Below, one piece after another: positions 1-9,400 of a stretch of DNA of 10,404 nt. The stretch lies in the NCBI GenBank assembly GCA_043228905.1, contig JBHGNT010001276.1, forward strand, positions 1 to 10,404. Direction: 5' to 3'. The stretch's first letter is position 1. Each line of letters begins with the position of its first letter. The stretch is from Azolla caroliniana. Taxonomy: Eukaryota; Plantae; Polypodiophyta. The translations under genes were made by a program, and so were the position numbers. The notes under the pieces were generated by a model. That model saw only the letters and a list, made by a program, of their open reading frames with translations. It was not told the DNA's origin and made no database searches.

Positions 1-186
1 ATTCGATAAACTCTCTCTATCTTTGTGATCTGAGAAAAAATGAGAGAAATCCCTAAGCAGGGCAGAGTTTGTGGGTAATCATGATTCGGTTTGTTCCCCT
101 AACAAAATATATATGATCTGTTTCAAATAATACAAATACATTGTAGGACAAGCTGGCAGGTTCTGATAATTCTGAAGTTTGTGTAG

Positions 187-498
187 GTTGATGTACTTAG
201 TGGAATATTATCAGACAAAGAGTACTTGTTGATTACTGGATGTGCGACATCAAATATATCTGAAATTCCACATTTGCCACCGGATTTTAGATTTGTTTCT
301 ACAGAACAATTATACCCTACTGATATGAATTCAGAGACACCAAGGAATTCAGGAAATCAGAGGTTATCTCTGCAAAGCAGCAATTTAGGTCAAGTAACAA
401 TCCCATGGACAACTTTTAGGGTGACCGTGGAAGTTCGGACTGCTGAGTTGGAACTGCACAATGGCATGGAAAGAGAGTCTGCTTTAGCTCGAGTTCAG
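187..498 (+). CDS. VPS13: VPS13 exon 1 in window (VDVLSGILSDKEY...ESALARVQ), rod region
   Basis: Acceptor gtgtAG|GTT at 186/187, donor CAG|GTatag at 498/499; 312 nt, phase 0/0. Confidence 0.9.
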
Positions 499-3400
499 GT
501 ATAGAGACTTAATAACTAAATTATAATTTTTTTAGTTTATATTCAATTGTCTGTTATATGCTAGATGCTGAGCATGTGATTTATGATATCCTAATTCTGA
601 TGATTATCATGCTAATGCACTGTCAGTTTATAGGGGCAACATGGTAGGCAGAAGACGAAAAGACATTCCCACATGAATTATTGGAGAACTCAAAAAGACA
701 GGTTTTAGAAGGCCATAAATTAGGTTAGCAAGAGACCATAATATTCCATGATCTGCATTGTGCACCCAATGAATAAGCCGCAGTTTATAGGAGCAACGTG
801 GTAGGCAGAAGACGAAAAGACATTCCCGCATGAATTGTTGGAGAACTCAAAAAGACAGGTTTTAGAAGGTCATAAATTAGGTTAGCAAGAGACCACAATA
901 TTCCATGATCTGCATTGTGCATCCAATGAATAAGCTGCAGTTATATATTTGCAAATTTAACATCAGAGAATGTGTGATTCTTATCTTTCAACAATACCGA
1001 CAGATCTGATTTGGATGGTCTTGGATGACTATCTCACGCTGTGAAAGTTCTACATTTATGAGGACGCTTCCAAGTTCTTTTTGTCTTAGCCTAATTGACT
1101 GTCTCAGTAGCAGCTTCCACAAAGTTCTTTATGGATGAAATTGACTGTTTTGAATTCTGTTCTATTTGCAGCTGCAGGACTTATGGGTGAATTATAGAAA
1201 CAACTCTGTGCAAGAAATTGATGTTCTGTTATCACTCTCAAGACTGCGTATTCTGGATCTTCGTGTAGGATCAAAGCCAGAAATGAGACTTATGTTGGGG
1301 TCAATGGCAGACTTGGAAGGAAGTATAAATTCAAGCAGACAAGAGGAAAATGATGATAAGATCACATCTTCAGTGGAACCCCAGGCACCAATGGTAGTTT
1401 TGGACACAAAAATCAAAGAAGGTTTGCAAGCATCAATTATCAGAATTCAGCGACCTCGCCTTTTAGTGGTCCTAGATTTTCTTCTTGCTGTGGGGGAGTT
1501 TTTTGTACCTTCATTAGCGACGTTGACTGGCAAAGATGATTGCAATGATCCAATACTAGATCAAGATCACATCAGGCTTGTAGATCCATACTATAAACAA
1601 CAGGAGCCAGTGGTGACTATATCATCGCAACGAAAGCTCATTGTTGATTTCCATAATTGTTATGAATTTACTTATGATGGATGTGGCAATACATTATGCA
1701 TCCAAACAGAAAATTTAGACCAGGATAGATCTGATGGCGGCCCCATTGATCCAGTGATTCTTATTGGGGCTGGAAAAAAGCTTTTCTTTAAGAATCTAAA
1801 AATCAAGGTACTGTTATGCTCAAAATATTTAGTGTATTTCAAGTTTGTTTTCTTATCTTTATAGATGACAAACTTGTACAATTTCTGGTTGAATTTCAAG
1901 AACTCATTTGTCTTTCCTAATTGATTGAATTTCAATTCCTTGCAGAATGGATTTATACTCAAAGATTGTATACAACTTTTACCCTACAGCAGCTACAGTG
2001 TCCGGGTGGAAGATGGTGTGATATTAGATGGAACATTTGATCGTGATGGTGATTATCCATATCGTAAATCAGTAATAGAGTCTAGTTCAAATTTAATGTT
2101 AAGAAGTCTAGGCAGCAGCCAGGTCCCTTCTAATACGAGTAGCAACTTCACGCTTGATGTACAGGTAGTCTTGCCAGAAAAATGCTTGCACTATGTTTTT
2201 ATTCTTGAAAAATTGGTGTCTTATATCATCCTCTGCTTTTGGGGCACACAAATATAAAGTGAAAAGTTTCATAAATTTGTAAGGAGAATGTGAAGGATTT
2301 TGATTTAACTTGAGCTTTATGTGATAGTGTGAGGGTTTCCCAAGTTTATTAAGGCTTATCTTTTTGTATATATTGCATGCTGATGCTAGTACAAGTTCAT
2401 ACGATTAAATTGATTGGATAATGAGATTATCTATTTTTAGTTAAGCTTCTGTCAGAGTTAATCCTCTCACCAGTTACTAATCATCATCTGTAGTGCTTAA
2501 GCTTTTGTACTATCTATTAGTTTTCAACTTTAAATGTGCCTTTGAATTGTTCTATTTTGAAGTAAGATTTCGTTAGTATTTGGCAGTATATGTTACCATG
2601 GGTTATACTTGTAGGGATTTTCCCATTAAGGCAGTAACAATGTCGAGTATATTCACATGCAAGAGCGCACTTCCTCATAGAAAGTAATGTAAATGTATGG
2701 GGTTATCCCTCTTAGTGTGCCTCCAATTTGAAGGAATAAAAACAATACCAATGGCCTGATCATACTTTTCAAATAGCTCGTTTATCAATTCATATGTTGT
2801 ACTCTGCAGTGTAGCATTGAAATTCTCAGGTTCAAGGTGCACATACTTAAAAGTGTTTGCACTAAAATTGAATGGATGAGTTGTTCATAAAGGCCAATGG
2901 TCCAGATATTGGTCCCGCAAATTGTGACATTATTTATCGGAATGACCTTTAGAGTACAAATAAATTATTATTGCTCTTACTTGTAAATTTAAAGGTTCAA
3001 TGGACCATGGACCATACAATTAATATTGCTCAATTGTAAAATTTTTCTCCTAGAATAACTTACAAGTACAACTAATGATGGCAGGCAATTGCTCCAGAGT
3101 TGACATTTTATGACAGTGACTATGTGAATCTACATCAAAGAGAGAAGCTGGTCAGAGTGAAGATGGATCTCAATCTAATGTATGATGATTATTACGGTGA
3201 CTGTACAAAATATGGTTTTTTTCTTTCCTAGAAACTAGCAGATTGGCATCTTTTTTTTCTCATCTTAGTTTTGTAGTTTTAGCCTTTTGCTTTCCAGTGT
3301 TGTCAGCAACATTGTGAGATCTCTTTTTCCATGCTAGAAATCATATAGCTGGATCCTGTTTTACCAGATTTGCATGGAAGGAAAATGATGTCTGGCTCCG

Positions 3401-6400
3401 GGGTCATGTTAAAAGATTCTCTATTGATGGTGGTTCTGGATTGTGTGTTGTGGAGCCAATGGTCATCTCCATGGAGTATGCTAGTGTGAAAGACAAAACT
3501 AGCATAACGATCTCTGCTTCAGAGATTTCTGTGCGCCTGTCTTTCAGCTTGATACAGCTATTGCTTCGTGTACATAACAATGTGATCTCTACTTTTCAAT
3601 TTGGAGTAGGTCGTATGCTCTCCAAATGTTCCCACTTTGAAAGAATTTGGGTCAATACAGGTATATTCATGTAACACTGTTCTTATTATTCTTTGCTACA
3701 GATTCCTTTTGACAAATGTGAATCAGAAGAGCATTTGTTTATGTTTATTGCAGAGCACATATCTGGGCAACAATTCACTATATGGAGGCCAAGGCCACCA
3801 CCCGGATATGTTATATTAAGTGATTCTATAACATCTGGGTGAGTTTATATGTCCTAATGTTTTGAGAAAAAGGTAGCAGCTTTCTAATTTTTAGATGTCA
3901 TCTTTGTGTAGGGAGGCACCACCATCCCAAGCAGTTATGGCAATGAACAATGTTTTCCGGAGGGTGAGAAAGCCCTTGCATTACCATCTAATATGGGTTT
4001 TGAATGATTCAGCCAAACAGTGCTCAATTTGGCGTCCTGTAGCTCCTCCTGGTTATGTTGCACTTGGTTGTATTGCTAGGATTGGTTCAACACCACCACC
4101 TCTCAGTGCTGTTTTTTGTGTGCGACTCGATCTTGTGACATCAGCATCTGTCAGTGATTGTGTTTTTTTAACACATCCTCACCAAGGGTATATTCTTAAG
4201 TATAATGGATATTAACAAAATACATTAATTATATTTTTAATAGTGGAAATATTACATTTTCTGTATTGGTCTCACAGATCTGAGAAGAATTTCAGTATAT
4301 GGCGTGTAGATAATGCTGTTGGATCATTCATTGCACATCAGTCACATAAGCCTCCAGAAGATCTGTCACTTTTTAATTTTCGTGCTGTTCTGTATGAAGA
4401 TGTGTTTGATTCAGTTGTTCACAGTAACAAACTGAGGGATAGGAAATCTAGGTTATTGGAGCGAAAACAGAGCTTGTCAGGGATAGAAAATATTGAAATT
4501 CCTCAGAAACGTGGTCATTTGATTTCAACAACTGCTCAATTTGAGCGGATGTGGTGGGATAAAGGTGGTGGTGATAATCGGCGACCAATCTCAATATGGA
4601 GGCCAATTCCACCGCCTGGATATGCGATTGTTGGTGATCATCTGGTTGAGGGGTAATGCATATTTTTTATTTTATTGTATTTTTTTGCTCCTACAACAGT
4701 TTTTGTTGTTTGGACATTGACTTTCTTGGGATATAACAATAATGTGGGAAGGCTTGAGCCACCAAATCTAGGAGTAGTTCTACAAGATGACGACTCTGGA
4801 AGGTTGGCACGCCCCATTGGTTTTATACAGCGTATGCATTCGTCAGGAAAGGGACTGGATGAGCTTTATGTTTGGTATCCTTCGGCACCTGCAGGATATG
4901 TTACCATGGGTTGTGTAGTAACAAAGGATGAAGATATAACTGGTCTGAGTATCTTTCGGTGTGTACGCGCTGATCTTGTTTCTGAGGTTGGTATCTCAAG
5001 AAAAGCTGCTTGGAGTATGACTGGTACAAAAAGTGGCTATTCCTGTAGTATATGGAAAATACAGAATCAAGTGAGTGTTAATTTCCTTCTTATTCTTTTC
5101 TTTTGGCTTTGATGTTTCCTTTTCCAGTTAAATATATGGTTGCTCTATATATTTTAAGAAAATCGAAAGGTCAGTAGACTGGAGAAACATTTTAAAATAG
5201 ACTGTAGACATGAAAACACATTAAAGTGGTTATAGTGCCGTTTTCAATTAAAACGGTGATTGTTTACATATTTTAAGGACATTTATAGGCCCACATTCTG
5301 TGGAGTAACATATTTAATATAGTCATAGTGGACATAAGAACAGTTTTAGGTGTTATAGTGTGTCCTAAACTCTAGAATCTATAACGCTCTCTTGATAGTA
5401 GTCGCTTGATTGTTTTGCTAACCTAGGCAATCCTATATTCTATGGTTCTAAGAGTGGTGTACTCTGTTATGAAAATACAATTAATTTCTGCCATTTTAGT
5501 CTGGGGCACAAGAAGCCTACCGGCTAGTAGCCAAAGAAATGAAGTAATAGGGCAAAGTGAATGAGACAAAAATTACATTCATGTGAACCTTATAGAATAA
5601 CTGCTCTGAATAAAATAAAGCAAAATTATTTTATAGTTATGATCACAGTGCAATGATATAGGGGCCATAGGTACATGTAATGTGGAGTATACAATGTGCA
5701 AAATCAATATAGTTGTGGGAACGGTAAAAGAAGTGTGGATCTCTGATGAATGCTCTGATAAGATAAACCATATGACATCAATGGCCTCTTTTGGGTAATG
5801 ATTCACATATCATAAAACATGTTTTCCAAACAAATTATTCAGTCAATCATTATCCATCTCGGAGATATGAGGTCTCTTGGCTGGTGGGCTGAGGTCTCTG
5901 GTGCTGCTTACCCTGAGGAAATCTGACATGTTCAGGGCTGGGTTTGCGTCTTGTAAAAAGCCTAAACATTTCTGATCCTAGAATTCTGTGATTTGGGGAG
6001 TTTTCCAAATCCCTCTTAAAGAGACATTGGAAGAACTGTGCAGGGGTGTATGTACTATGTAGTGATCCTCAGACTCCTCCATTACATGGAGTAGCTGGCA
6101 TATTCTCATGCTGGGTATGACATAACTGACGTGGCTTTTTTGTCCAATGAGTCTATATCTGGATGTAGTTTGTTTGGTTAGGAGGATTATCTATAGTGAT
6201 ACCATGACCTTGCTTCAACGTGTGTATACAGGCAAAAACGTTTCTAGCACGGCCCGATTTGAAGAAACCTCCAGCACGCACAGGATATGGTTTGGTAGAT
6301 GCAGCCCAAAGCATAGTTGAGAACAATAAAAGTGGAAATGTTAGAACTCCAAAAGTTTCAGTGACTGTCCTTGATGATCTAAGGGGCTTGGTAGGTCTTC

Positions 6401-9400
6401 ATGATAATTTAAAGCTCATGATTTGTTTGTGGTAAGAAACAGTGTTTACTATCCTTTAATAATTGTTAAATTGTATGTTGGGCAGGTTACACCTTTAGCA
6501 AATATCACAATAACCAGCATTAATCTTGCAGTCAGTGGTCATTCTGAAGCTTTAAGTGGTGCATGTATAGCTTATGTAGCTGCCTCAACATTTAATGCTC
6601 AGGTTAAAGCTTGGGAACCATTAATAGAACCCTTTGAAGGAATATTCAAGTAAGTATTTAGTTTATAACGACAGTGGTTGCACTTTTAGTTATAGTTTGA
6701 GCTGATTATCATGATTCTCCATCTGCAGGTATGAGTCTCATGATTCTCCATCTGGCTCTACTTCAAAAACTAGCATCACAACAGCTAACATAGTCAATGT
6801 TGATGCAACATATGCAAATATTGATAGTCTTATGGATTCGATTTTGTCGTGGAAAAGACAGTCTGAACTAGAAACGAAGGCACTTTATAAAATGGATCCT
6901 GTATGAATATTCTCATCTGTTATTGAGCATAGTAGGCTGGATTTAATTTGGTTTGGATTACCTTTCTGACTATTACCTATTGGACAGGATAACGATGAAG
7001 TTTCTAAAACAAATGTCAGCTCTGCTTTGGAAGAAGATGATACTGAGAAGTTGCTACTACTAAATAAACTAGATCGCAGTTTGTTTGTCCGTACATTTGA
7101 GCATGAATTCACAGATTGCCTGTTAATTGAACCTGATAAAACTTTGGAAGTCAATATGCCACCTCCAAACTTTGGAGATAATTTCATACCAGGAGGGCCA
7201 AAGCTTCTTTTCCAGCATGTGGCTATTTATGTTTCTGAGGCTAAGGTGATGTGCTTGTGTAGTCTAATTTATAGATTTTGAACTTCATGAGTCTTAATAA
7301 TTTCCTTATATCTGATAGGATTTGCCCATCAATGAGGATGGCAATGGACAAGATTACTTTTATAGTGTGCATGTTCCATCGTCAAAAAACAATGGACAAA
7401 AGAACCTCAGTCAGAGTGCTAGATCCCGGTGTATTGGTCCTTCGTCTCTGAAGAAGACTGGAGATAGAATATTAGCAACAGCATTGTGGAATGAAGTTTT
7501 TATATTTGATTTACCACAAGAGGTATTTTTTCTTTACCTCGGAATGTACTTACTTGAGATCTAGTCATATACTGGTTTGATTTGCAGGGTGATGCGAAAA
7601 TGGATATACGAGTGCATAATAAGGCAGCAAAATCTGGAAGAGGTAATTTTTCCTTAAATAGCTGCAGAGTTCAGTCTTGTAAGGGGCAACTGACACCTTG
7701 TATTTATTGTCACATGTAGGAGAGGCGATTGGGTTCGTTTCATTTCCCTTGGGCATTCAAAGTAATTCAGAAACCAAAGCACCATCTTCCCATTGGAATC
7801 GTATTTGGCAATCTCTTTCACATTTGCACCATGTTAATCGGCCAATAGAGCAGAAGAAAATGAGCTGTATGACATTTCCAATAAGAAAGGTAGTTTTTAT
7901 TAAAGCACTGGTGTACATGAGCATCATGAAGTAGTGGGTGGACCTCCCAATGATAAGTCTTTATACTGAATCTTTAATGTTATGGTCTGATTGAGTGGAT
8001 GTGTATGTTATACATCTTATGATTCACTAACAAATTTATGTATGATGCTCTTTGGGTACAGAAGAACAATGGCTCACCCACAGATTTTCATCATGGATCG
8101 CTCGTAATCACTGTTTGTTACTATAATGAAAAGGTTAACCAGCCAGAGGAAGAAGTGGATACCAGCAGGAATCAGTTTAAAGATACTGGATTACTTATAG
8201 GACTAAGCTCAAATGGACCCTGGACACATGTACAATCGGTGTTGCCATTAGGAAAAATTCCTATCGAAGTAATAAATGGTCATGTTGCATTGGAAGTGAC
8301 TATGAATGATGGTCAAAAGAAAGCTACTTTACGTAGTCTTGTGACAGTTTTTAATCAGACTGATGTGGCAATGGAGATCTGTGTTTGTCCATTGTCTTCA
8401 TTAAGTGGGCAACAGGGAACTTCATCTCTTTTTGACAATGAGCCTATTGTGATTGGAGAAGAAATATTTGAGAACCAGAGATATCAGCTCCTTGCTGGAT
8501 GGGGCAGTAGATGGCCTGGCCATTTCCTTCCAACAGATCCAGGACGATGGAGTACTCGTGATATGCAGAAATCCTCTCAATCTCGGGTAATGCATGCAAT
8601 AGTATTATTTTACTGGAACCTGAATTTTAATTTTATTTGGCTTTTGATTTCTTTTTTCTTCTTTTGAGTTGTCCTGAGTATATTATTTATTTTTAGGAAG
8701 AAATAGAACCCTTGTTGCCGTCTGGGTGGATATGGGTTACAGATTGGACTATTGACAAAGCTGGTTATGTTGATGATGATGGATGGGCATATGGTCCAGA
8801 TTTTCAGACATTAAGGTGGCCACCAAATTCCATGCGATCTTGTAAGAAGTCACCTTTTGACTTTATTCGGCGTAGAAGGTGGTGTCGCAGTCGTCAACAA
8901 CTTACTGGAAATGATCAGCTCTTGCCTAAACAATTCATCTCTATTGTAGAGCCAGGTGGGAATATTCCAATATCTTTAGATTCTATTTTATCAGAAAGAG
9001 AGTATTGTCTTCAAGTACGGCCATGGTCCCAGACAACTGCAAAGTGCTTATGGGGCCGTTCTATTGGAGATGTATTTAACCGAGAGTACACAAGAAGTGA
9101 AAGTCCTTTGAGTCGGCGAACTTCGTATGCGGCGAAAAATGCTAATCTGATATCTTCATTTCTGGTGAACGCTCTTCAAAAGACAGAAGAGTTGGTTATG
9201 TGTTCCCCTGAAAATCCTGCATCTAGGGTTGCGTGGTGGTTAAGGATTGAGTCTGATTCAGAAATCCTCTATAATGAATTGAGCGTACCAGTAGATGATT
9301 GGAAGATCCTGGTAAGTGCACCTCTGAAACTAGAGAATCTCCTCCCCTGTAATGCTGAGTATACTGTATGGGAGAAACAGAGAGAAGGAAGTCATGTTCA

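Noticed and set aside
628-831. Minus-strand 67-aa ORF
   Set aside because: It lies wholly within the intronic tandem duplication and has no recognisable motifs.
1192-1962. Minus-strand ORFs 1192..1416 and 1672..1962
   Set aside because: Antisense shadows of VPS13 exons 2-3 with no independent protein signature
3637-3819. Plus-strand 60-aa ORF
   Set aside because: Wrong frame: it spans an intron, and the conserved IWRPRPPPGY is in another frame.
5238-5256. Hairpin CCGTTTT-caatt-AAAACGG
   Set aside because: A 7-bp stem is expected by chance. The context is a eukaryotic intron, so it is not a terminator.
5579-5806. Minus-strand 75-aa ORF and a TGATGA box-C-like word near 5744 in the 1161-nt intron
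   Set aside because: There is no protein similarity I can recognise. No suitably spaced box D with a terminal stem or rRNA guide is identifiable, so neither a nested gene nor a snoRNA is supportable.
5868-5899. TGAGGTCTCT repeated at 22-nt spacing in a GC-richer intron patch
   Set aside because: Only 10 nt and two copies. It is not an array, and no element ends or splice-supported exon were found.
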